A DNA stretch of 64,000 nt from Paraspadella gotoi (lineage: Eukaryota; Animalia; Chaetognatha): positions 3,925,260 to 3,989,259 of the forward strand of contig CM119267.1 in the NCBI GenBank assembly GCA_051294375.1, written 5' to 3'. The notes under the pieces are model-generated. The model was not told where the DNA came from. It did no database searches and worked only from the letters and a program-made list of their open reading frames with translations. How positions within the stretch are numbered: position 1 is the stretch's first letter; each line of letters starts with the position of its first letter. Shown piece after piece: positions 23,373 through 36,449 of this stretch. The position numbers and the translations under genes are program-made.

Positions 23373-24483
23373 AATTGAAGGACTTTTAATGTAAACACAG
23401 ATATTTATAACAAGCAAAGTTTTTTACTCATTTAAGCAAACAAAAAGGTTGGTTTACTTTTTCTACTACTTTTTAGTCTTTTACTGTTGTAGTTTTCACC
23501 CTGGTTCGGTCACCGGTCAGTCATTTCAAGTGACCTTTCTGACCATTTCTTGCCGCTTTTTCTAGTCGCTGGCCCTTAGACTCAAAATTATCAAACCACA
23601 TTACCCACGTTATTCATGATTTGTGTCTTCGAAAATGTATTTAAATTTTTTTTGATTTATTCAAGATTTTCTCTTTTCTCATGATTTGGAAATCCACACA
23701 CTAAGGACCCATGTTACTTGTTAATTGTTAATTGTTAATAGTTAAAGTCTGTTCACTGGAAGGCCGATCTCGAATTCTCAAACTCGCGGGCATAGAAAAG
23801 CAATCAAATTTTCTGCACCCGAATTGTTTTGCTCTTTTTGTTTTGTATAGAATTTCGCCAATGTACTAATATGTATCACACACAATTTTCTGAACATTTT
23901 TTTCTTTCTCTATTGCACTAGTAAAAAATGTCTGCAAAAAATAATATTTTAACTAATGCAATTAGTTCTCTAATCACTACTCCCAAAATATTATAACTAG
24001 ATAAAAATCATTTTAAAATAAAATTTTAAAATGTTTTGACATACAACTTGCAACGTAATCATGTCTGAAACTTTTTCCAAAAAAAAGGTTTTTTCTTAAG
24101 AAATGTAACTTTAACTTTACAAATATAACTTCTACAAGCAAAATGTTATTTTAAAATATTATTTTGATTAGATAAGACTACAGCAACATGAAGAATAGAG
24201 CCTATAGTAAAATTGCGGGCCTCTTTATATTCTTTATACTCTTTATACTATTTATAGTGCTCGACTGCTCGTGGTTATTATAGAAGTTGTGCTTAAGGTG
24301 GTTATAGTCATTATGTAATGTGGTTGTGGTCGTTGTAATTATTGTAGTTATTATACTAGTGATTCAATATTTTAGTGTTTGATGTTATTGTAGTAGATGT
24401 AGATCTAATCCACGGCGACTCGTGACAAGTGAAAATTTTAATGGGACTTAGTTTCATACTCCGAAAGGCAATTAGTAGCCCTC

Positions 24484-24570
<87 letters not shown>

Positions 24571-25477
24571 GCGCGGCAAGACGGATAATGTGGCGAAGTT
24601 AATCTTTAGAATGACGAACATTTAAGTTTTATTCGAACCTCGCCGCGTACAATCAATTTCACGACAAGCTGTGCCAAGAGTACGAGTAAGCTTGGATTAA
24701 AACACGATGAAAGCTTTTTAATGAAACCAACTCCGAAAGCAAGCATTTTTCTTTCTTGTTTAGCATCGTCATATAATTTTTTTCCGGTAAATCTGTCGTA
24801 GTAGCTTATTATTACGTAAAGATTTTTTGCAAATTTAAAAATTCAATTCAATTTCAATTTCAATTCAATCTTAATTCAATTTTATTTCAAATTTTGTTTC
24901 AGTTCGTTAGATTTCCGGTTCTACTGAGTAGATGGTTGTGAAGTTAAATCATTTTCCGTTGTTTGGATGCCAAGATTTATTAACAATTTTTAAGGATCGT
25001 AGGAAAAAGATATGTATTCATTGATATACTTTGTTCTTCAGGGGTTATATAGTCAAAATTGTTAACATATTAGTATTATTTCTTTTCTCTTATCCTACAT
25101 CTCTATGATTTTCGTTTGCACAGAATCTTAGTTTATTGACAATGTTTGCGTTGAATCTACCCACAATCGCATATTAGTAATAATTCCCCGAGCAGAAGAA
25201 GTGAGAGTCAGAATAAAAAAGAAGCAAAAAAATTAATCCAAAAGAGAAAAAAACCGGTTTACCTCCCGGTTAAAACAGGTTTAAACCGGTTTAAACAGGT
25301 TTACCTCCCGTCTCGTATTTTGAGATCTGTAGAAATAATATTCTCTCCTTAGTACCATTAAGGGGAGTACAGAGGTACCCGAGTAAAACGAATTACTCGC
25401 ACGAGATGGCGAAGTTTCGAAACAAAAGAGAATCGCTGTCGTTATGTGGAGACCGGTTGAGAAAGGGGCGCCGAGAC

Positions 25478-25522
<45 letters not shown>

Positions 25523-25585
25523 CCGGTGGAATCGAAGGTTGTTTCCATCAAAATATGGGTGCGATGGGAGCGAGAACGGAAAGAC

Positions 25586-25681
25586 GATGGCATCAAATAT
25601 ATCATCGGTGATGGCATCAAATTTTTCATCGGTGATGGCATCAAATTTTTCATCGATGATGGCATAGATTCTATCATCAAT
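25586..25681. repeat. 24-bp minisatellite x4 (GATGGCATCAAATTTTTCATCGGT)
   Basis: Direct inspection; explains the DGIKFFIG repeat ORF. Confidence 0.9.
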
Positions 25682-25974
25682 AGAATTTCGGATGCCACCA
25701 CCGACACAATCGCGACGCCAAAAAACTCGATCGTAATTCATCAAAACAAGAACTGTGATTTCAATGAGTTGCGCCGCAGTGACCGTATTTTCACATGTAT
25801 TTCCCTTTGATCACATAATATGTGTTTTATTCGTTTACAACAATTAGTTGAAACAGTACATTCAAAAGGGCATACAGCATTACAGATAAACGCATAAATT
25901 GTACAGTTTACAATTCAACAAAACTTTCCGAGACCTTGAATTTATGAGATCGCACTGCATCGGAATTTCGTCTT

Positions 25975-26190
25975 TTATTCTTTACAATTTTAGGATTTCC
26001 TGAAGGCGGTGCTTGCAGTCACTTAGATTTGAAATTTTTTTCTGTCTCAACAAATAAGCAACCAACTATAGGCGAATTATATACATTTTTAAAAGGGGGG
26101 TGGGACAGACTGACGGACAGACATACCGACCGACCGAAGAGTGACTTAAATAGAGTCGCTCCGCGAGTACTCGCGGCGCAACTAAAAATA
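25975..26190 (-). mobile_element. Short HINE/DINE-1-like element (family 2, copy 1)
   Basis: Homologous to 31415-31622; (GACN)n microsatellite, then palindrome CCGCGAGTACTCGCGG within AGTCGC...GCAACT followed by an A-run. Confidence 0.65.
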
Positions 26191-26679
26191 TGACAAAGAA
26201 GATTTATTTAAGAGAAGGTCGATGGCTGAGACGACGATTCCACCAAAAATGAGACCTGAGCCTCAGCCTCATCCTCAGGCTGAGGTATGATGGAGGATGA
26301 GAAAAAAAAAGGGCGCGTTGTGAAAATCGTATCCTGTGAGATGAGACGGGGATAGCGGCGTTTCTGTGATGCTGTGATGCTCTATTTTCAATCCTTGAAT
26401 TTAGTTTTAACCCAAATATTCGATGCTGATCACTAAGCAAATACTTAACCTAACCCCAAAACAATTAACTGACTCAAACCGAATGTCTATCCTCAATCCT
26501 TAATACCAAACCGTAATCTGTAACCTTGTCCTATAACCTATAACCTATAACCTTGTCCTATTAACCATCATTCCTAACCCTAAAAAAATCATTTAAAAAC
26601 TTGAACTTTCAAGGTTTTTTTCGTAAATTTTTCGGGAAATTTTTTAAATCTAGTTTGTTAGATAGTTAGTTTAATCCCT

Positions 26680-26830
26680 TATGTCGGTCCGTCGGTCCCA
26701 CCCCGAAATCTTGTCCGTTAATCTAATATAGATATCTCAGGATATGATTATGATTATGATAAATTATGCAACAAAAAATGAACGTCTGTCAATCAATCTG
26801 TCCATCCGTCCATCCCCATTAGCATTAAAC
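26680..26830. mobile_element. Inverted copy of the 6170-6345 HINE-like segment
   Basis: GTCGGTCCGTCGGTCC-ACCCC...ATGATAAATTATGCAA...GTCCATCCGTCCATCCCC is the reverse complement of 6170-6345. Confidence 0.7.
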
Positions 26831-27597
26831 ACCCAGGATTGGATAAATGAATTAAGTTAAAATTTTGCATGGACGTAAAAATGTACGTGATTGATCAATG
26901 ATCATGAAATGAAGATTCCATAGAATAGTGAAATATGTTATCAATCAATAAAGTAATCAGTCAATCTATAATACGATTACCGCTAAATGATCCGGCAGAT
27001 CCGGCATTGTTTGCTCAAACTTGTTACCTTTTCTCCCGAAAAATGAGGCTTGGATCCAATTCCCCTTCCACACGGTGATCGCGTCAAATCGAAAAAAAAA
27101 AATCAATCTCTGGGTTTATCGAGGATAAGGCACCAAGGAGTTTGAGGGTACACGGCTTACAGAGTGAAGGTGTGGCGTAGATAACTTTTATTGCTTGATG
27201 TAGAACATGTTGTAGTAGATGTGGTAGCTGCTTTATTTCACGTGAAAAGAAGATCTCATAAGATTCTTGCAATGAGTTCAGGAAAAGAGTGACTCAGTGA
27301 CTTCTTGCATCGAGATTATGGCGTGGGTTCCCCCACGGGATAGCGACGCCCGCTGCCTCCAGCCTCCAGCGTCGCCGCTCGCCGCCTACAGCGCCGCCAC
27401 ACGCCGCTCGCCGCCACGGATCTTGATTGGAAGTGTCAGAGAGCGGATTGAGGGATTGAAAGAAGGCGTCGGAAAAAACGAGGCGGCGTCGGAACCGAGT
27501 CTCTCCTCTCGTCGGAACCCAAAGGCGGGAATTCAAGTTTTATGGCGTAGAAAGAGAAGGGGAAGAGAGGGGAGGGAGAAAAAGAGGGAGAGAAAAT

Positions 27598-27682
<85 letters not shown>

Positions 27683-29038
27683 AGAGAAATATTCGAGAGA
27701 GCGTTTTATGTATTTTCCCTACTAGTTGGGTATCGCAAAGAGGCATTAGGCAACACGGATGTCGTTTTCGGGTTTTGCTGCTGCAGCTGCTGCTGATGTG
27801 TTGACAGCAAAATCAAAGACGGAGGGTAAGGTTTTGGTGGGTGAGAGTTGTTGTTGTTGTTGCTGTTGTTGCTGTTTTTATTGTTGTTGTTGCTGCTTTA
27901 TGTAAGCGTCTCTCATCGTGGCGATCAAAACGTAGACGTCTTCCTGGTATCGACCGTTAAATGTCAAATCTTTCTCAGGTACATCAACGAATATATCTAA
28001 AGTATCAAGTTATATTATACTGTATATATATTATATTATATATTATATTGTATTGCTAAGATACTAAATAATTTTCAGGAACAAACACAGCTTAACGAAA
28101 AGGGGAATCCATGTTTGGTTTCCTCGATTCCGATTTTGTCTTTAATTCGTCGATTTTAAATTCCCACGGATGCAAATGAGGAGAGAGATTTAGTGAGGAA
28201 CATTCTGCCAATCCTCGTCCGTTGAGGAAAGAAAAATGCGAACGAAATCGGATCGCGATGAACGTTCGACTCATTAAACTGAAAATGAATAAATAGTGAG
28301 AATTATGATTTGGCCCGTGAGGGCGAATGCAGGGATAAGTGGCACATTCTCGACGATTTCGGAATCTGAGCGACCACATCTTCGTATTGTGACCACATCT
28401 GAGCGACCACATCTTCTTGGGACTGAATTCAGACTCATTCACTTCGTTTGAATTTTCGCCCACCTCGGCTTGACAAGGCCTTGCTCTTCGTCGATCAAAC
28501 TTTTTTTTCGCGTAGACTGTTTTTCTGTTTTGTTTTTTTTTATGCTGTTGTTTTTTCACCATTTATATGGTTGTTTTGTTTGTTTACAAAATGGTACATA
28601 CATGTATTATTATTCCCTGAATCGTTATTCTATTCATTATAACCGTCGCACAAGTGAATTTCAAGATGAAATCGGAAAGTGACTGGCGAACAAAACGAAA
28701 ACCTCGACTCAACTTGAAAACCTCGAAAGTCTTTTTTCTAGTTTTCGGTTCATTTCCGGGCTTTGGGTTGCGGAAGCGAGCCTCCGAGGGTTATCGGCGT
28801 TGGTTTCGTCCTTTTAACGGCGACGATCATGAATATTCCATCCGATGAACTCGATTTCATATTCATTGTCGTTTTTCTGAGAAGCTTCATTCCCTATGAT
28901 AATTGCTCAACCGTTCACCGCGAGCGGGGACGCAGGGGGGAAAAAAAGAAAGTTATGATCTACTTAAAATAAAGAAGAGAGAAAAAGGAAATTCCGATGC
29001 TTCTAATGATTTCTCTCGATCTTAAGGAAATTGCGGGT

Positions 29039-29158
<120 letters not shown>

Positions 29159-30272
29159 CGTGGTTCAATCCTACATCTCTCTCTCTCTATCTCTCTCTCG
29201 TTCGTGGTTCAATCCCACATCTCTCTCTCTCTGTTTCCTCTCTGCACTTCATTGGATGCTGTTTCGCTTTTATGTCATCATGTATTCACACTATCCAGCA
29301 AGGACGACATCAGGTAATCTCAAAGAACTTCTTTCCTACCCTTGGAATAAGTATCCTCGTGAAATAATAGAACGGGAAATAAAAGGTAAAGCGTTTATTG
29401 AGAGAGAGGCGTCCAGTAATCAGCAAAATGTAAGAAGTACGGGAGAAAGGTGAAAAAGTGAAATCGTGAAAATCAACGAGCCCCGTGAGGAAGAGGACGA
29501 GGAATGGGGAGGAAGAAGATGCCTACATTCAATAAAAAAAGGAAAACTTTTCTTCACTCTAAATTCTATTCCGAAAATCTTTTTTTTGAAACGATACAAC
29601 ATCGTCCATCAATAATTTCTGAATCGATATCATCCTTATTTTCCAAAGGAGACGCATTTCTTCCTTCGTCCCAGAAAAAAATGTCTCCAATTCGATCTTC
29701 AGTTTCGACGCTCAAGTCAAAGACAATAGTTTCGGCGGAAGGGGGGGATTGCCATTTGAGGCGGTGAGGAGTGCCATGGGAGGCCGTGGGGAGTGCCATG
29801 GGAGGCAGTGGGGTGTTCCTTGGAAGGCGAGTTTCCAACGAAACTCAGAAAATAGGCATCGTCTCTTTTTTTTTTTTTGTTGTTGTTTTTTTTTTTTTTT
29901 TCGTGTGTGTGTTTTTCGCTTTCCGTATTTTTCTTCGCTCAAAAAAAAAAAAGAAAGAAATTCTTTCGGATTTAGTTTTACAACTTGGCGTAAATGGAAC
30001 TTTTATCTCTCGCCAAAAAAAAAAGAAGCCGTTCCATTTTCCACGACTTTAAAACGGGCGACGGCGTCGATGCGAAATTCCTTACGTTTTCTTCCGTCAC
30101 GCCCCCCTACTCCCCCACACCTCGGTCCTGTCCCTCCCATTCAATGTCCCTCAACACCCCCTCTATTTTTTTTATCCTCCCGTTGTTCTTTTGTTAAAAA
30201 TTCAAATTCCTCTGGTTGACGGGAGGCGGCAGCACGAGTCGTCCGCCATCTCTCTCTCTTTTCTCTTTCTCG

Positions 30273-30309
<37 letters not shown>

Positions 30310-30364
30310 CGAGCCTCCCTGCCTCGATTTCAATTTTCCGATTCTGAACGATTTAATCCACCGC

Positions 30365-30399
<35 letters not shown>

Positions 30400-31414
30400 T
30401 TTTTCTCCTTTTTTTTCTCTTTTTTATTTCCTTTTCTTTTTTTTTCGGGATTCTCTCTTTGCTCGTCTTTTTTTTTCTCGACGACCATTGGACCGTTTTT
30501 GTCCCCGACAAAAATGGAATTCTCGACGGGAGAGGGCGAGGGGGGGGGAATGATGGGGAAGGGGATGAGGAGGACTTGGTGTTAGGGGGGGGATCGTAGG
30601 TAATGGATGGAAAAGGATATATCAAGTTTAAGAATAGTTTATTTTATATGCTATATGAGCTATCAATACGTAAATTAGATTAATAACTCCCTCTATACAA
30701 TTTATATAATCGAAACATGATACCACGACATTGATAAGAAAGTCAAAGTCAGAGTCAGAGTACCTGGCTTCCCTATCAATAAAGTGGTATAAAGTTTCAA
30801 ATAATGTATGAAAAGACCACTTCCTTAAGTATGTTATTATCTTGTAAGAGGTATGAAAGTCTTAACTCACCAAAGTCTGTCCAAACTGAGGGACAAGATA
30901 GCCTAGCATTTATATTGGTGATAACAATATCATTGAATAACACAATCTCATTTCATATTCAATTATAAGTTCGTCCCTTAAACATTTAGAAAGAGTTGAA
31001 CTTGGAGAAAAAAGGGCGGGAGAAGGAGACAGTCGGGAAGGGAATGGATTCTGGGATGGACGTCCATTGTCCAATGTCAATTGTCCAATCTACATCAATA
31101 AATGAACGGCGCAATGGATTTGAGAGAGAGTTAAGTTCGCGAATAATGATCGGAGAAGGTTGTCAAATTGATTGATTGAAAGAAAGAAAATGCCTACGTT
31201 TGAATGTGAGCGACGGAGAAATGAACAAAGATCGATTCTTTTTTTAAGTGAATTTTTTTTTTTAACAAGTTCACTTTGAATTTGGATATTTTTTCCCGAC
31301 GAAAGAAATATCTTTTTTTAATAAATATTCTTATAAGACAATAAAAAAAATTTTTTCGATAAGCAAGAACGGAAACTGTGTTGAGCCGAAGTGACTTTCT
31401 TAGCCCTTCTTTTA

Positions 31415-31622
31415 TTTTTTATAGTTTTATGATTTCCTGAAGGCGGCGCTAGGAGTCACTTCGATTTAGGGTTTTTTCATGTCTTAACAAATGAGCAACA
31501 GACTAAAGACGAATAAGTAATTGAGACTGACCGACGGACAGATATGCCCACCGACCGACAGACCGACCGAAAAGTGTCGCTTAGAGTTGCTCCGAGAGTA
31601 CTCGCGGCGCAACTAAAAAAAA
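31415..31622 (-). mobile_element. Short HINE/DINE-1-like element (family 2, copy 2)
   Basis: Shares GATTTCCTGAAGGCGG...AGTCACTT and the terminal GAGTACTCGCGGCGCAACTAAAA with 25975-26190. Confidence 0.65.
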
Positions 31623-31877
31623 AAACAACGAATGAGACGATTATATTTATAATGAATACATACTTAACCCAAAAAAAGACGAAATTTGAAGAGCTGGTAC
31701 ATTTTTTTATACATGCAAACTGTTTACATATCTACGAATTATGGGGAAAAAACGACAAGGATAACAAAAACAATAACAAGGATAACAACAACGACAACGA
31801 ACCTCGGTGAGAACCGAATAATTTCTCTTCCGCTGCGAATTTGGTCTCAGTGGATTCACGAGGTGGCGCTGGTGTCG

Positions 31878-32149
31878 CCCGACGCAGAGGCCAAAAAGAG
31901 GCCGACGCAAAGGCAGAAGTAAAGGCCAACGTAGAGGCCGACGCAGAGGCCAACGCAAAGGCCAAAGTAAAGGCCAACACAGAGGCCAACGCAGAGGCCA
32001 ACGCAGAGGCCGATGCAAAGGCCAAAGTAAAGGCCAACACAGAGGCCAACGCAGAGGCCAACGCAAAGGCCAAAGTAAAGGCCAACACAGAGGCCGATGC
32101 AAAGGCCGAAGTAAAGGCCAATGCAGAGGCCGACATAGAGGCCAACGCA
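31878..32149. repeat. 12-bp minisatellite (GCAGAGGCCAAC variants)
   Basis: About 22 AGGCC-centred units at 12-bp spacing, with higher-order 36-60 bp blocks. Confidence 0.9.
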
Positions 32150-32263
32150 TAAGTGGAATCAGATTCTAACATTGGGGCAAGGTAAATGTCACATGTGCAG
32201 GCGGTCAACCCCTCGGGCCGGACCGAATACCCAATCACAGACCCAAAAAATTAAATCTAGTAG

Positions 32264-32555
32264 TAAAAAAATCTTAAAAGCAATAGAGATCGAGCCGCTT
32301 TTGATGGTAACCAAATATTGATGCGATGAATAACCAATAATTGATGCGATGATAACAAAATAACTGATGTGATGATAATCAAATGATTGATGCGATGATA
32401 GTCATTCATTGATGTGATGATAATCATTCATTGATATGATGATAATCATTCATTGATGCGATGATAGTCATTCAATTGACGCGATGAATCATTCATCGTA
32501 ATAAAAACAAACAAATGCGTGTATGAATGAAAGAGAGAGAGAAGAAGAGAGAGAA

Positions 32556-32587
<32 letters not shown>

Positions 32588-32729
32588 GCTGGTCAGTTTT
32601 CACTCTCGTTTATATAAAGAATAATCAGAATTTTTAGAAAAAAAATCCACAAAAATCTCGGTTGTAAATTTGGGATTTTTTTGAGAAAAAAGCGCGGAAT
32701 AAATGGCGGAATAAATAGAGAGAGAGAAG

Positions 32730-32771
<42 letters not shown>

Positions 32772-33943
32772 AGATAGAGAGAAGCTGGACCGCCCTGCAG
32801 AGCTGAACTCGTTTTCGACGTATCTGAGTAGGACAAACTCTTTCCTTTCTAATATTTTTTTTACTTATCAAAAAAAATTTATGTCCTCATCTTAAAAAAG
32901 TTTAATCTTGAATGAAATTTTAGATTGTTCTTTTTTTTTAAGAAGAAACCAGACCGAGGTCAAATTTCATATTTGCATATTTAACTAATTTATAAATATT
33001 TATCCCAACTCAAATAATTATTATTTTAAAAAAGGATAAAAATTATTAATATATACACTAAAAAAAATTTACAAATTTAAAATTGTAAAAAATTATAGAA
33101 TAACAAAAAAATAATGTTTAATTTGACTATATCTCTCTTCTCAACTCCTATTTAGATATAATTTGCCAATAGTGGGCCGACCGGTCCAAATTACAGTAAT
33201 AAACAAAACAAAAATTTTTTTTTTAGAAAATTATATATGCAATTAAATTAACCCGCGCAATTGCCGGACATATAGCAGGTATATGTATATGTATATGTGA
33301 CATTGCCTGCATTATAAGTTATTTTTCCTTTTTTCTAAATGAGAGAGAGAGCCGGAACTCGTTTTATCGTTTATTATTTTTACAAAAAAAGAATAGAAGA
33401 GAGAAAGAGAGAGAGAGACAGAGAGAAAAAGAGAGAGAGAGAGAGAGAGAGAAGAAGCCGGAACTCGTTTACTCGTTACTGGTGAAAAAAAAAAGAGAGA
33501 GAGAGGAGAGAGAGAGAGAGAGAAGAGAGGAAGAGAGAGAGAAAGAAAAGAGAGAGAGAAGAGAGAGAAGAGGAAGGTTCCGCCAACGATACGCAATATT
33601 AGTCATCTGTTTATATCGGCGTGATCTCGTCAAGTTGAATTTTTATACATCGTAACGTTTCCGTTGCCATCAAAAACGCGTTATTAGGTCATGTTCTCTC
33701 GACATTGTTTACTCGTTGCCCCGCAACGGCCACGAATCCAGGTCAAGTAAGTTATTCTTAACATTTTCCCAAAAAAATCCACGCAAATCTCAGATGTTAA
33801 ATTTGGGATTTTGTATTGAGAAAGAAGCGCGGAATAAATGCGATAATAAAAGTTTTAGAAGGATGAAATAATAAGAATTTTTAAAAAAACGGTCGGTAAA
33901 AAAAAGTGAATAATTTTTTTTTTGTAAAAAAAAAAAAAAAGAG

Positions 33944-33996
<53 letters not shown>

Positions 33997-34830
33997 GGAG
34001 GAGACGGAGGGAGAGAGAGCCTGAACTCGTTTTTTTAAACGATTCAGAAAAGCAGCGGTCTGATCAAAATATATATGTTTTTTAGAAAGAAAAAAATAAT
34101 CAGAATTTTCAAAAACGGACGATCACGCAAGAGATCGTACAGAGAGAGACAGACGCACACAAGAGAAGACAGAGAGAGACTGAACTCGTTTTTAAACGAT
34201 TCAGAAAAGGCAGGGCCTAAAAATAAATAAAGAAAGGCAAAAAATGTTACAATGGTTTACAATTGGATTTTTCCAATTTTTTCCAATCGCAGCTTGTAAA
34301 AGATTTTTTTTATTTGTATTAAAATTAAGATAGCTTCTCATTAAAAAAATCCTTTGAGTTCCCATTTTTTATTAAAAATTTTAAAAAATTTTTGAATTTC
34401 ATCTTCTATATTATATACTGCAATATGTAAATTAGATTAAAGCATTTTCTATATACTAATTTGGATATTATATGAGTCTATATAATCTCATTTGCATATT
34501 GCAGTAAATCATAATAAAGTGGAAATTCAAACAAAAATACTTAAATCCAAATGTAATAAGAAAATATCAAAGCTATTTCAAGATGAGAAGCCATATCTAA
34601 ATTTTTTAACTTACTATGAATGCACACTTTTGTAAAACTTTATCATAATTCATAATAATTTTTATTTTAAAAAAACGGTAAGTCCCTGCCAAACCTATAA
34701 AAGCGTAGTAGTTTTTATATAGAAAACAGCGTGACGGACGACGACGCGACGACGACGACGACGTACGTCACAAAGAAGCAACCCTAAACATTATGAGCCT
34801 GACCCGGCTTCGCCGGTCAAGGCTCGATAA
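32264..34830 (-). mobile_element. Large HINE/Helentron-associated element, copy B
   Basis: Same terminus as copy A (TAAAAAAATCTTAAAAGCAATAG.GATCGAGCC); GATGAT-based ~22-bp repeats at 32305-32500; (GAC)n at ~34733-34763; terminal hairpin GAGCC-TGACCCGGC-TTC-GCCGGTCA-AGGCTC ending in GGCTCGAT (34821-34828). Confidence 0.7.
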
Positions 34831-34993
34831 ATATACTATTAATTTCTGGGTTTTTTCATAAGGTCGTAACTTATCTTTTTAAAAATGGAGCGAGTGCATT
34901 CTCACCTTTTCCCAACCCCGCTTTTTATTTTAATCCTTTTTTCGACCTTTTCCTCCAGTTTCCTCTGTTGCTATCAGAGAGAGAGAGAGAGAA

Positions 34994-35040
<47 letters not shown>

Positions 35041-35167
35041 ATCGTCCCTTCCTGACCCGAAAACAACTCATTTATTCCGGTCAGACCCTTTCGCCCCTTC
35101 ATGACCCCAGGATGACCTTTATTATACTCTGGTCAATATTAAGCATCTTCTGCCGACCCAGAGTTTT

Positions 35168-35221
<54 letters not shown>

Positions 35222-36449
35222 GTCTCTTCGTCGTATCGGAGATTTATTCTTTCGCTCCGAAAAACAGAGACAGAGTCGCTCTATCTCTCGCTTTTTGCAT
35301 TTTATGTCGTCATCTCAGAATTTCTTTATGTATCTTTTCCCGTCATTCGAAGTTTCTTTGCGTTGCTCGTAATCAAATAATTTATGACGTCATTTAAATA
35401 TTTGATATTAAATAATTTATCTGTTAGTATTTGAATATGTTATTAAAATATATTTTCTTCGCATTTATCATTTTTCATCATAAATAAATTTCTTTTTAAG
35501 CTTTCCACGTCATCAAAGAATTCCGCCACCGTAGCCGCCTCCGCGCGACTGCGCTTCCACCTCCGCGCGACGGCGCCGCTGTTGATTTACGAACCCGTGA
35601 CGATCAAAATACATTTCTTAACGTATTTTTTCAGTCCATTCTCCATTTTCGCAATTTTACTGGACTTTATATCGCCTTTCCATTCAAGATATTGTAGATA
35701 GAGGCCTCCTCCCCGGGCCTTCTCTTCTCCCTCTCAACGTCTTGGAGATCGGCTTCACACTTTAAGTCTCACGGTCTCGGGCTCCACGAACCTTCCCTTT
35801 CCTCTCTCCCAATTTTATGTTCCTTTATTCCCCTTATTATAACTGCATCTTTATTACCGTTATACATCATCACTTTACTTGCCTCTTTTTCCTGACGAGA
35901 GCATAGATAGACCCTTACCATAGATAGATACTTTTAGAGCCATTTCCTTTTCTGCCCTTTTTCAAATAATCGTATCATATTGTCGTGGAGGGTGAAATCG
36001 CTCTCTCTTCTCCCGTCTTACTCTCTCTCCTCTATCTCTCTCGTTTTTTTCTCAGGGGTTGTTGCATCCAGTTAAGGCCAACAACGCCTGAAAATTACGT
36101 CCAAAACCGAATAAACAAGCAAAAGTTACTAAATAATCGGAAATGGAGCCTCAAGCTCCTGTTTGCAATCTTAAACATAAACACAAATGGTCAACCCAAA
36201 AACGCTTATTAGAAAATTAACAAAAATCTTGTAAGTTTATAAAATTACTTTACCATCTTTTTTTAATAAAATGGCAAATGATGTTGAGAAGCAAACAAGG
36301 GCATATTGTTTGGTTTTAAAAATTTTAAAGTATTTTAAAAGATCAAAATTCAAATGCTGGCGAAGTAATATTGCAGTCCCAAACAATATACCAAGCCTTG
36401 CAATCTTAAATCCGCGATACAGAGCAAGAAGAAAGTTTATTCGTTTTGA

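Noticed and set aside
31732-32238. Ala/Glu/Lys-rich 'antifreeze/TolA-like' ORFs
   Set aside because: Products of a 12-bp minisatellite, with no non-repetitive coding flanks.
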